The notes under the pieces: model-generated
The model's input: the letters and a program-made list of their open reading frames with translations, nothing else
The model's database searches: none
What the model was told of the DNA's origin: nothing
Shown here: one piece after another, positions 45,824 to 55,134 of the stretch
How the letters are laid out: the number at the start of each line of letters is the position of its first letter
Position numbering within the stretch: the first letter of the stretch is position 1
Program-made: the position numbers and the translations under genes
DNA from: an uncultured Candidatus Peribacteria bacterium
GTDB taxonomy: Bacteria > Patescibacteriota > Gracilibacteria > CAIRYL01 > GCA-016699755
NCBI GenBank assembly: GCA_964584385.1
Contig: CAZOZW010000001.1
Span: 1-62,475, forward strand
Length of the DNA: 62,475 nt
Direction of reading: 5' to 3'

Positions 45824-46219
45824 ATGAATTTGTACGAAATTCTTCCACCAGCACTGTCTTCTGCATCAGAAAGAGTGGCAGCATTTCGCGATGCCTACAA
45901 TATGGCTGATAACGAACGTGGGTCTCAGGGTTGCAACAAGCCACAAATAACACCGGAACTTGCAAGACGACTTGTTGCGGAGCTAGAGAGCATCAATAAT
46001 GCTATTTACGATGCAATCGACATGGAGGTTGCAAGAGATGCGGGAGATTACTCTCGCGTCTTCTCTTTAAAAAGTGACACGGCAGAGATTGATAGGTTAA
46101 AATCTGAAAAAGAGGATGTCGAAAGATTAATCGCTCAGTTTCAACAAGACGACCAAAGTAAGCTTCAACGGATTATTCATGCCACAAAAGCAGCGAAAGA
46201 GTCGTTTTTATCCGCCTGA
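45824..46219 (+). CDS. small helical hypothetical protein
   Basis: 131 aa. See the previous entry. Confidence 0.55.
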   Translation: MNLYEILPPALSSASERVAAFRDAYNMADNERGSQGCNKPQITPELARRLVAELESINNAIYDAIDMEVARDAGDYSRVFSLKSDTAEIDRLKSEKEDVERLIAQFQQDDQSKLQRIIHATKAAKESFLSA

Positions 46220-46244
46220 TTTTACATATTTATACTCGCGCCAC

Positions 46245-47000
46245 ATGCTGCTTTTTAAAATTGGTCTTACACTTACCGTCGTGCTCTCGATTCTATGGCT
46301 AACCCAGCGGTTTGGCGAACGAGCAGGGGCGCTTGCTAGCGGGTTTCCGAATAGTGCGTCGCTCATCTTACTGTTTTATGGCTTAAGCTATGGCACCGGA
46401 TTTGTGGAACAAACCTTACCGTATGCGTTTTTGGGCACGGCGATTGTGATTGTAGCGATGAGTAGCTGGTACGCCGTTTCGCACCTTATTTCAAATCCGT
46501 GGTTGGGTGCGCTGGCGGCAACCATCAGCTTTATTGCGCTTTCGTATTTTGCGCAGTTCATACCGCTTTCGGCAGAGCTTGGTTTTATTGCAGCTCTGTT
46601 GGCGATTGCCACCGGGCATTTGTTAATGCGACCACAACCATCGATAGATATGACAATGCACAAAGCCACACGATTCGAACTTAACTTTCGGGTTATGTTC
46701 ATTGTTGGTTTAGTGCTTGTAATAAGCGAAACAGCGCAATACTTGCCAATTGCGATGGCGGGCTTTTTTGTGCTGTATCCGGTTAATCTGACACCGCTAC
46801 TGTTCTTTTTACAGCGCGCACACGGCGCGGCACCGGTGCAAAATATACTCGCACACTGGCCTATTAAAGCACTGTCGGCACTAAGCTTTTTTTCAGTCAT
46901 CACGGTTCTTATTCCACAAGTGCCGTTTTTAGCCGCGTGGACACTGGCGATTGTGGTAGCGATTGGGGTTACCGCCATCATCATTCGCTTTAAGTTGTAA
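46245..47000 (+). CDS. polytopic membrane protein, unknown family
   Basis: About 8 hydrophobic segments. Start moved to the ATG at 46245 (MLLFKIGLTLTVVLSILWL). Confidence 0.65.
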   Translation: MLLFKIGLTLTVVLSILWLTQRFGERAGALASGFPNSASLILLFYGLSYGTGFVEQTLPYAFLGTAIVIVAMSSWYAVSHLISNPWLGALAATISFIALSYFAQFIPLSAELGFIAALLAIATGHLLMRPQPSIDMTMHKATRFELNFRVMFIVGLVLVISETAQYLPIAMAGFFVLYPVNLTPLLFFLQRAHGAAPVQNILAHWPIKALSALSFFSVITVLIPQVPFLAAWTLAIVVAIGVTAIIIRFKL

Positions 47001-47373
47001 TATTGGCGTCTTGCTCCTCTGCATGAGGCTTTAGCAGGTGTTCTTCGCCCACTTCTATGGGCAGCGGATCACCCATAAAAACGTCACTTTCCGATTTGCC
47101 ATAGTCGGCTTTTTGCAGCCGATACGCCAAAGCAACGATAATTGCGCAACAGACGAAATTCAATCCGGTGATCAATTTTAGTAAAAAATCATCGACAACC
47201 AAACTGGCATAGGCAAACGCTATTGCCTGGCTGAAGGTCCAAATAAGATATGTGTAGATGTTGGCACTGGCGATTTTTCTACGCAAATCGCGCATGGTTG
47301 GTACATAACCAAGAGTGTTGATAATGCCGCTTGCCGCATACAAGAGGGCAATCGTGAATAAAACTACTTTCAT
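46990..47373 (-). CDS. small 3-TM membrane protein (possibly PQ-loop-like)
   Basis: 127 aa with three hydrophobic segments and an acidic C-terminal tail. Confidence 0.55.
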   Translation of the reverse strand: MKVVLFTIALLYAASGIINTLGYVPTMRDLRRKIASANIYTYLIWTFSQAIAFAYASLVVDDFLLKLITGLNFVCCAIIVALAYRLQKADYGKSESDVFMGDPLPIEVGEEHLLKPHAEEQDANITT

Positions 47374-47582
47374 AACAACGCAACAGAAAGCGAAAAGAAA
47401 GCAACTTCACCCGCACAAATCGACAAACTTTTTAACTGAAAACAGGTGTGAGATGACCAGAATTATATTGATAAAATAATTTATGTCAATAAAATTCTTG
47501 TGCTTTTCATAATGCGGCTTTGCGGCGGTTTACCATTTTTTTTGCGATGCACTTGTAGCGAGTTTTAGGCGAAAAAAACAAA

Positions 47583-47611
47583 TTGACCAAAATCGCATAT
47601 GTCGTTATAAA
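47583..47611 (+). promoter_or_regulatory. sigma70-like promoter (TTGACC - 17 nt - TATAAA) upstream of 47635
   Basis: ttgacc at 47583-47588, a 17-nt spacer, tataaa at 47606-47611. An alternative -10 box, tataat, lies at 47619-47624. Confidence 0.45.
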
Positions 47612-47634
47612 GATGTTATATAATTCTATTTCAA

Positions 47635-47910
47635 ATGAGACTTGGTATTCCCAATATTTTTAAAGGACTTGATGAGGCGCTGGCTAAATCGCGTAATGCG
47701 GCTTTATTGGCAAAACAGCAGCGGATTAATACCGGCGTCGGACAAATACGCACCGAGATGGAGCGTCAAATAGCATTGATCAGGGTTTTGCAAGAAAGTG
47801 GCGGATCTGAGATGAAGATCAGACGAGCGGCAATAGAGGTATCGCACAAGAATCAACTCCTAAAAGCAATCGAAGAGATGAATCGAACAGCAGAGTCAGT
47901 AGAGACGTAG
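47635..47910 (+). CDS. small helical hypothetical protein
   Basis: 91-aa ORF, charged and helical in composition, with a good promoter-like sequence upstream. Confidence 0.5.
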   Translation: MRLGIPNIFKGLDEALAKSRNAALLAKQQRINTGVGQIRTEMERQIALIRVLQESGGSEMKIRRAAIEVSHKNQLLKAIEEMNRTAESVET

Positions 47911-48191
47911 CACGCTACGTCTCATTGGTTTCGAGATACACGTTTATGTCTTAAAATCTGTAGAAACATTTTGCCATAACCTCTTGCGTCGCTCTTGGTC
48001 TTAGTGGAATGATTCAGCTCAAAATGAAAACGAACGATTACAAGTTACAGATTGATTTTGACGAATTGAAATACCGGTCAATTTTTCTTGTACACAACAG
48101 CGATATTTGACGCTATAGTGTACAATAGTATTATGTATAATCGAAAATAGACGATTCTGCGCGCATCAAGAATCAGTATGATTTTATGGGC

Positions 48192-48946
48192 TCAGAACTG
48201 AAAGAACCGCTTGGCGTTGTTGGTGGTCTGTTCACAAAAAACGTCGAGCTCTTCGCCACGATGATTCGTCAAAAACTCTGCTGTGTGGCGTACATATGCC
48301 GGTTCGTTGCGTTTGCCGCGCTTGGGCACCGGGGCTAAAAACGGTGCATCGGTTTCAACCATGATTCTATCGAGCGGGGCTTTTTTTGCCACTTCGAGGA
48401 GTTGTGGTGCGGCGTTTTTAAACGTAACAATACCGGTGAACGAGATGAAGCCGCCATAATCGAACATTTTTTGGGCGAACTGCCAATCGCTAGAAAAGCA
48501 GTGAATCAGTCGTGATGCTGCGCAAAAAACTCCAGTGCTTGCTCGTCGGCGCTGCGCAAATGAACGATAACCGGTTTGTTGAGCTTTTTGGCGAGCTCGG
48601 TGTGTCGCAAAAAGGAATCGTATTGCATTTTGTATGAGGGGTTTTCTTCGCGATAAAAATCGAAGCCAGTTTCGCCGAGCGCTACCACTTTGGGATATTG
48701 GGCAAGTTCTTCGAGCAGTAAAAAATCTTGATCGAACGACTCAGAAACCTCATCCGGGTGAACGCCGAGTGAGGCATACACCGCTTCAAACTTTTGAGTC
48801 ATTTCGATTGTTTTCTCAAACACATCCGCCGTGCAACCAATCGAGACCATTTTCTCAACATCGTTTTCAATGGCGGATTCGATCACTGATTCACGGTCAT
48901 CATCAAACGCGTTAAAATCAAGGTGGCAATGAGTATCGATTAGCAT
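48192..48946 (-). pseudogene. TatD-family metal-dependent hydrolase split by a frameshift near 48490-48520
   Basis: N-terminal half: MLIDTHCHLDF...ALGETGFDFYRE...PVIVHLRSADE (48506-48946). C-terminal half: FISFTGIVTFKNA...MVETDAPFLAPVPKRGKRNEPAYV (48192-48467). The connecting LIHCFSSDWQFAQKMFDYGG is in the second frame upstream of its Met. Confidence 0.8.
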
Positions 48947-48994
48947 AGAATAAGATTAAGAAAGATTCGGTTCTCTTTTTCGTATTAGAGCAAA

Positions 48995-49300
48995 ATGGAA
49001 GCATCTGCGCCAGTATCGAAATCAATGAAAGTGCAACAGGTGGCATCGAAATTCGAGTGGGCGGGAAAAGAAATCGCATCACAGATGAATCCATCGCCGT
49101 ACGAACATTGCAACCCCGAAATAATACAACTCGCTCAATCGGCAATCATCAAGCGTGCAGAAGCTTGCAGAGACGAGATCATCAATCTCTATGCATCAGA
49201 TGATGCGATTATTGATTACAGAGGACGAACGGAATTTTATAACGTCTTTCAGATTGGTATTTTTGAGGTACTAAAGCCATATCAGAAGAGGCTCGATTAA
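48995..49300 (+). CDS. hypothetical protein
   Basis: 101-aa ORF with no recognisable motif. Confidence 0.4.
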   Translation: MEASAPVSKSMKVQQVASKFEWAGKEIASQMNPSPYEHCNPEIIQLAQSAIIKRAEACRDEIINLYASDDAIIDYRGRTEFYNVFQIGIFEVLKPYQKRLD

Positions 49301-49377
49301 ATTTTAAAAGCACCGATCAACAAATCGAGCTGGATATCGATCGCTTTTTTCAGGAAGGGAATCGTATTGGCTTAAGA

Positions 49378-49881
49378 GTGGCTTTTATTCTCTCGCACCT
49401 AGATGAATTACTCACAAGTGAGAATGATGATTATGCCGCTTACGAATACCAAATACCCTTACCGGAAGATCTTCACTGGCTTTGCGATGAGCTTGCTGAA
49501 TTGTTGCAGCAATATCCGTTTGAGAACGAAGAGGATTACAACATACCGATGGCGATTTCTGAAATGGAACGCACCACGCAAATGGTGATCAATCAAATAC
49601 AACAAATATCACATCTGCCAGATGAACTGATGAGAGATACTTCAACGCATCTCGTTCTCGAACAGTACAAACAAACGATCTACGCCATTTCGAGTAATCG
49701 AATCAATCGCCACTTGCAAGATAATGACTTAAACCCACTTCAAAAAACGAAACTCATAAACCAAATCGCAGACATCAACACGAAGCTGAAGTTTATCGTC
49801 GACAGCATGAATGATATTCAATGCGAAACAATCCCGTTCGTCGATGAGATTGAATCACAAACAGAAAAGGTTCTTCGCTAG
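49378..49881 (+). CDS. hypothetical acidic helical protein
   Basis: 167-aa ORF with no recognisable motif. Confidence 0.45.
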   Translation: MAFILSHLDELLTSENDDYAAYEYQIPLPEDLHWLCDELAELLQQYPFENEEDYNIPMAISEMERTTQMVINQIQQISHLPDELMRDTSTHLVLEQYKQTIYAISSNRINRHLQDNDLNPLQKTKLINQIADINTKLKFIVDSMNDIQCETIPFVDEIESQTEKVLR

Positions 49882-49963
49882 ATGTTGACGACTGTTGAAC
49901 AAAACAAATCCTTGCGCCAAAACCCAATTGTGAGATGATAGAGAATGAACATTTTTCAATTGT

Positions 49964-51175
49964 ATGGATATCAAAACCGCCAAAATCTGTTTGCTCGATG
50001 GTGTTGCCCAAACCGGGATCGATGTATTTACCGAAGCAGGATTTAAGAACGTAAAGCTGTTTCCCGATTCGTTACCCGCAGAAGAGTTAAAAAAAGAGTT
50101 GTCCGATGCGGTTGCGGTCGGCATCCGCAGTAAAACAAAACTCACAAAAGAGATTTTAGCCGCTGCACCGCAACTCGTGTGTATTGGTCGCTATGGAATC
50201 GGGGTGAATAATGTCGATTTAAAAACCGCGGGAGCAATGGGAATACCGGTTTTTAACGGACCGTTTTCGAGCACGCGTTCGGTAGCAGAATTAGTTATTG
50301 GTGGGATTTTTGGGCTGATGCGGCAAATACCGCAAAAATCTATGGAGATGCATAACGGTGGCTGGCCCAAAGCGGCAAAGGGCTGCTTTGAAGTACGTGG
50401 TAAAACACTGGGATTGGTGGGCTACGGCAACATCGCCACGCAGATATCGGTAATGGCAGAGGCACTGGGAATGAATGTGATCTACAGCGATGTACGAACG
50501 ATTCTGCCATTGGGGAATGCGCAGCAAGTAACGTTCGATGAGGTATTGGGGCAAAGCGATGTGATCTCGTTGCATGTACCGGGCATCCCCTCGACCGAGA
50601 ACATGATCAATGCCCAAACGATCGGCAAGATGAAAGAGGGGAGCTATTTGATCAACTTTGCTCGTGGCTCGGTGGTGAACATCGAAGATTTAAAAACAGC
50701 ATTGCAGAGCGGACATATCGCCGGAGCGGCCTTGGACGTGTTCCCCAAGGAGCCGAAATCGAAAACTGAACCGTTTGAAAGCGAGATAAAAGGGGTGCCG
50801 AATGTGATTTTAACCCCACATGTCGGCGGCGCCACCGAAGAAGCGCAAGCTGCTCTTGGAACCGAGGTGTCGCAGAAGATGAAAAATGCGATTCTTAACG
50901 GCGATAGTGCAATGGCATTGAACTTTCCGCAGATCAATGCAAGCGCGCCAGACACATTGCATCGCCTGCAATTGATTCATCAGAACCACCCGGGCGTAAT
51001 GGCGGAGATTAATGAGATGATTGCCGCAGCCAGCATTAATATTGCTGCGCAAACCCTTAAAACCCAAGGCGATATCGGTGTTGCGGTGATAGATACCGAA
51101 ACCGAATTGCCGCCTGAACTCCAAGAAAAAATCAACTTTTTACCGTTTACCATAAAATGTCGCATTCTTTCGTAA
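49964..51175 (+). CDS. serA: D-3-phosphoglycerate dehydrogenase (E. coli-type with C-terminal ACT domain)
   Basis: IGRYGIGVNNVDLKTAGAMGIPVFNGPFSSTRSVAELVIG...GKTLGLVGYGNIATQ...LTPHVGGATEEAQ. Confidence 0.93.
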   Translation: MDIKTAKICLLDGVAQTGIDVFTEAGFKNVKLFPDSLPAEELKKELSDAVAVGIRSKTKLTKEILAAAPQLVCIGRYGIGVNNVDLKTAGAMGIPVFNGPFSSTRSVAELVIGGIFGLMRQIPQKSMEMHNGGWPKAAKGCFEVRGKTLGLVGYGNIATQISVMAEALGMNVIYSDVRTILPLGNAQQVTFDEVLGQSDVISLHVPGIPSTENMINAQTIGKMKEGSYLINFARGSVVNIEDLKTALQSGHIAGAALDVFPKEPKSKTEPFESEIKGVPNVILTPHVGGATEEAQAALGTEVSQKMKNAILNGDSAMALNFPQINASAPDTLHRLQLIHQNHPGVMAEINEMIAAASINIAAQTLKTQGDIGVAVIDTETELPPELQEKINFLPFTIKCRILS

Positions 51176-52254
51176 CCAATTTTACCGTCGGCCCTGCTAA
51201 ACTCTACCACGGTGTGGCAGATTTTTATGCCGAGCAGATTCATGCGGGCCTGGGCGAGATCAGCCACCGCAGCCCCGAATTCAGTGAGGTATCAAAAAAA
51301 GCGATGCTCGCCTTGCGTGATTTTTTTGAGATTCCCGATGATTACCGCGTGTTTTACACCTCGTCGGCAACCGAAGCGATGGAGATTTTAACCCGCTCAT
51401 GCGTGAATGATATTTCGTGCCACGTGAGTAACGGCAACTTCGGCAATGTCTGGAAAAAAACCGCCGAGCGTGCCCAAAAACAAGTCCAACTAATCAGCCA
51501 TAGCGGCGAGCGACGCGTGGAGCTAGGTGAAATACAGCCCGATCCGGCAGCGGAGATGCTGGCGATAACGGCGAACGAGACGAGCACCGGAATCGGCTAC
51601 AGTAAAGAAGAGCTGGTCGATATTCGCAATTGTTTTCCGGAGGTGCTTTTATGTGTTGATATCACCAGTGCAATGGGTGCGGTTACGTACGACATCAACC
51701 AAGCTGATGCCTGGTTTTTTTCGGTGCAAAAAGCGATGGGCTTGCCCGCCGGCTTGGGCGTGGTGATTGTGAGCCCACGAGTATGGGAAAAGGCAATCCG
51801 CCGCGAAGCCGCCGGTGAAGATGTTGGTTGTCATCATCGCTTGGTCGATCTAGAAAAAAAGATGGATGGCAAGTACCAAACGCCGACCACTCCGAATGTG
51901 ATGAACATCGGCGGACTCGGTTTTGTCTGCCAAGCGTTTCAAAAAGATTTTGGTAGCAAGGCAAACCTGTTTGCAAAAACTCATCAAAAAGCAGAGCGGT
52001 TGTATAATTTTTTCGACCATCATCCGGTATTGAACCCGGCTGTTGCGAAGGGAAAAGGTCGCTCAGAAAGCGTGATTGTAGTCGATGGACCTGAGGAGTA
52101 TTTTGCCGATATGCACCAACGACTTGCCAAGGAGGGGATTCAGGTCGGCAAAGGCTATGGCGGCGCTAAAACACGCCAAATTCGAATTGGGAATTTTCCG
52201 GTTCATACGATTTCAGATGTAGAGAATTTGCTGGGGAAGATTGAGAAGAAGTAG
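51157..52254 (+). CDS. serC: phosphoserine aminotransferase
   Basis: NFTVGPAKLYHGV...HRSPEF...NETSTGI...FFSVQKAMGLPAGLG is the class V aminotransferase / SerC pattern, adjacent to serA. Confidence 0.88.
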   Translation: MSHSFVTNFTVGPAKLYHGVADFYAEQIHAGLGEISHRSPEFSEVSKKAMLALRDFFEIPDDYRVFYTSSATEAMEILTRSCVNDISCHVSNGNFGNVWKKTAERAQKQVQLISHSGERRVELGEIQPDPAAEMLAITANETSTGIGYSKEELVDIRNCFPEVLLCVDITSAMGAVTYDINQADAWFFSVQKAMGLPAGLGVVIVSPRVWEKAIRREAAGEDVGCHHRLVDLEKKMDGKYQTPTTPNVMNIGGLGFVCQAFQKDFGSKANLFAKTHQKAERLYNFFDHHPVLNPAVAKGKGRSESVIVVDGPEEYFADMHQRLAKEGIQVGKGYGGAKTRQIRIGNFPVHTISDVENLLGKIEKK

Positions 52255-52281
52255 TCATCGCACAAAAAATCTACCTCTCTC

Positions 52282-52614
52282 TCACGGTTCAGGATTATGC
52301 ACGATATACTCGCCGATCTGCTCAAGTGCACTGTCGTTGCGGATGATGTGTTCATGGTAGCTTTGTTGCCAACCGTTTTTAATATCGGTGTTTTGTCGAT
52401 ACCATTTTGTAATCCTGCATCATTGCGTTGAATATGCAAGACACCATTAACGTAGTTCGGCATTTCACCATATGCCCCTACCGGTTATACTACCGAATAT
52501 CGCTTTTCTAATTTTTGTGCAGATCGTAATGAAATAGGCACCACTGGGCAAATAATCATAATCTTTCAGGCGGACCGAACGGCGCTTATGGAGCTTGGGG
52601 TCGAATTCCATCAT
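52282..52614 (-). pseudogene. decayed RAYT / IS200-like Y1 (HUH) transposase remnant
   Basis: Three minus-strand fragments in different frames. (1) MMEFDPKLHKRRSVRLKDYDYLPSGAYFITICTKIRKAIFGSITG...* at 52465-52614. (2) MPNYVNGVLHI from 52463. (3) GWQQSYHEHIIRNDSALEQIGEYIVHNPEP*, ending at 52282. These match the conserved blocks of REP-associated tyrosine transposases, with the middle deleted. Confidence 0.75.
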
Positions 52615-52735
52615 CAAAAGAACAAAGGAGGAGATTATTCAGCTGATGAATCGGACTTGCAAATACTTTCCTGTCTTTGTGGTGAAGAATTCCAATTCTG
52701 AAGGACGAGTAAATCACAAGTGATTTATGAAAAAT

Positions 52736-53419
52736 TCATTCCTTACGAAACCCCGTACCACTCACCAGCACACAAAACTCTCCTTTTTGTTTTATCGGAT
52801 TCTCACTTAAGACCTGTAAAACCTCAGACGCGCTGCCACGGATGAATTCTTCGTGCATCTTGGTCAGCTCCCGTGCAAAAACGACATAGCGCTCGGGCAT
52901 AAAATCGGCGAGTTGGCGGGCGCATTTTTCAATACGATGGGTCGATTCGTAAAACACGGCGGTGTGTTTCATCTCGACCAAGTTCTTTAAAAACGTCTCA
53001 CGGCCTTTTTTCTGCGGGATAAAACCGAAGAATGTAAAACGATCGAGGGGTAGTCCACTGCCACTCAATGCCGTTAAAAATGCTCCAGGGCCGGGAATCG
53101 GCACAACGGTAAATCCTTGTGTAACCACCTCACCGATCAGCGCTGCGCCGGGGTCTGAAATGCCGGGGGTGCCGGCGTCGCTCACCAGTGCGATTGAATC
53201 TCCCGCCTCTAGTTTTTGCAATACCTTGGCAGAGTTCGAATGCTGATGATACGAGACGAGTGGTGTTTCAATATCGTATTTTTTCAAGAGACGTTTGGTG
53301 TGGCGGGTATCTTCGGCGGCAATCACATCGGCTTCGCGCAACACCTCAACCGCACGATAGGTAATGTCACCCAGATTTCCGATTGGTGTGCCGACGATAA
53401 AGAGGGTTCCGGAGCTCAT
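52736..53419 (-). CDS. rsmI: 16S rRNA (cytidine1402-2'-O)-methyltransferase
   Basis: LFIVGTPIGNLGDITYRAVEVLREADVIAAEDTRHTKRLLKKYDI...SDAGTPGISDPG. Confidence 0.93.
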   Translation of the reverse strand: MSSGTLFIVGTPIGNLGDITYRAVEVLREADVIAAEDTRHTKRLLKKYDIETPLVSYHQHSNSAKVLQKLEAGDSIALVSDAGTPGISDPGAALIGEVVTQGFTVVPIPGPGAFLTALSGSGLPLDRFTFFGFIPQKKGRETFLKNLVEMKHTAVFYESTHRIEKCARQLADFMPERYVVFARELTKMHEEFIRGSASEVLQVLSENPIKQKGEFCVLVSGTGFRKE

Positions 53420-53679
53420 TTTTGCTTTTTACGATTATGTTCTGCTTTTTTTTCTATAACCTTTTCTTTCGTGTTTTTGTAATACTTCTTAAAACGGTTG
53501 GCGATTTTTTTGCCATGATAAGGCGATATTAGCATAATCCCTAAAAAGATAAACAAGAATCCCTGCAAAAATGGCAGCACCAAACCTGCGATACCAAGAA
53601 GCACCAGAAAAACGCCAAAGGTTATCTCGAGCCAGCGCGGGATGTATTTTTGAATCCGTTTATAAGAAAATTTCGCCAT
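53416..53679 (-). CDS. small 2-TM membrane protein (PGPGW/DUF454-like)
   Basis: WLEITFGVFLVLLGIAGLVLPFLQGFLFIFLGIMLI followed by a basic tail. Start moved to the ATG at 53679 to avoid overlap with nadB. Confidence 0.55.
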   Translation of the reverse strand: MAKFSYKRIQKYIPRWLEITFGVFLVLLGIAGLVLPFLQGFLFIFLGIMLISPYHGKKIANRFKKYYKNTKEKVIEKKAEHNRKKQK

Positions 53680-53714
53680 ATGATAACTGATTGAGAACTG
53701 ATTATACCTTGTTC

Positions 53715-55133
53715 CTATTGCGCAATAAAGTGGCAACCGGCGGATACTGTACGCTTTTTTGCCGCTTGCACCAAGAGCTTCGCCACGGTGAGCATGTGTT
53801 TGGTTTCGCTACCGGTTGCGGTTAGCTCTTGCAGTTCGTCGGCTGCACTCTCAAGTTCAGCCAAGGTGCGGATAATGCCGATCTTACTCCAACAGATATT
53901 CTGGATTCGCTCGCGTACTTCGGTGTCACCCGGTTGTTCTTCGACAAATGGAACGGTGTCAAAATGTCCGCCGCTAATCGGCTCTTGAATTTTATCTTTA
54001 CGGATTTGCTCCAAATAGTCGCGATAGATCTGTTCAGAGAACACCACGCCCTCGAGCAATGAGTTACTCGCTAAGCGATTGGCGCCATGAACGCCGGTGC
54101 GCGCCACTTCGCCCACTGCCGCAAGGTGCTTGAGCGATGTTCGCCCTCGCAGGTCGGTTGCTATGCCGCCGCAAAAAAAGTGTGCCGCCGGAATAATCGG
54201 GATGAGATCTTTCTGCGGTGAAAGCCCATATTCTTGAAGCGTTTTGAAGATTGTCTCGAATTCACTCGCCCAGTATTCATCTGGCCTATGACGAAGGTCT
54301 AAGAAAATCGCCTGCCCGTTTTGCTCTGCCAAATAGATGTTCCTGCTCAGTTGATCACGCGGGAGTAAAGGATTGAAGAGCCGATCCCCTTCTTTATCGA
54401 CGATCAATGCGCCTTCGCCACGTAATGTCTCTGACAGTAAGAATAATGGTTTGTCGTTCGTGGCAAGGGCGGTTGGATGAAACTGCACAAACTCTAAATC
54501 GGCGATATCTGCCCCGGCACGCGCGGCGATCGCAATACCATCGCCGGTGGTTTCGGGTGGGGTGGTGTGTTCTTCATAAACATTGGCAGCTCCACCACTG
54601 GCAAGAATCGTGCGCGATGCAAATGCCCGCATGTTGCCGTTTAAAGTTTGCATTTCGGCGCCATGCACAGTGTTTTCACGCACGAGCAAATCGTTTACAA
54701 ACGCCTCTTCAATAACAGTGATTACTTCGGTGTTGCGAACCGATTCGGCAAGCGCATTGGCGATTGAAAGCCCGGTAGTATCGCCCGAATGCCAAATCCG
54801 CGCCATGCTGTGCCCTGCCTCGCGATGCGGATCGGCACCGAACGAAACCCCGTTCTTCGCTAAAAAATCAATCGCATCCTGTGCGCCGTTCACAAGTACA
54901 TTCACGGCATCTTCATCGCATAGGCCACCGCCCACTTTTAGAGTATCGGCTTTGTGGAGTTGTAATGAATCATCTGTCAATTTTGGCGAGGCAATACCAC
55001 CTTGCGCCCACGGGGTAGAGCCCGAAACCAGTTGCGATTTGGTAACGATGATCACACTGCCGAGCTTACTCAAACGTAATGCGGCACTCATGCCGGCAAT
55101 ACCGGAGCCGATGACCAAAAAATCTGCAATCAT
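53715..55133 (-). CDS. nadB: L-aspartate oxidase
   Basis: DFLVIGSGIAGMSAA...PWAQGGIA...HSGDTTG...FVQFHPTAL...GLSETLRGEGA-like segment...GANRLASNSLLEG. Confidence 0.94.
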   Translation of the reverse strand: MIADFLVIGSGIAGMSAALRLSKLGSVIIVTKSQLVSGSTPWAQGGIASPKLTDDSLQLHKADTLKVGGGLCDEDAVNVLVNGAQDAIDFLAKNGVSFGADPHREAGHSMARIWHSGDTTGLSIANALAESVRNTEVITVIEEAFVNDLLVRENTVHGAEMQTLNGNMRAFASRTILASGGAANVYEEHTTPPETTGDGIAIAARAGADIADLEFVQFHPTALATNDKPLFLLSETLRGEGALIVDKEGDRLFNPLLPRDQLSRNIYLAEQNGQAIFLDLRHRPDEYWASEFETIFKTLQEYGLSPQKDLIPIIPAAHFFCGGIATDLRGRTSLKHLAAVGEVARTGVHGANRLASNSLLEGVVFSEQIYRDYLEQIRKDKIQEPISGGHFDTVPFVEEQPGDTEVRERIQNICWSKIGIIRTLAELESAADELQELTATGSETKHMLTVAKLLVQAAKKRTVSAGCHFIAQ

Positions 55134-55134
55134 G

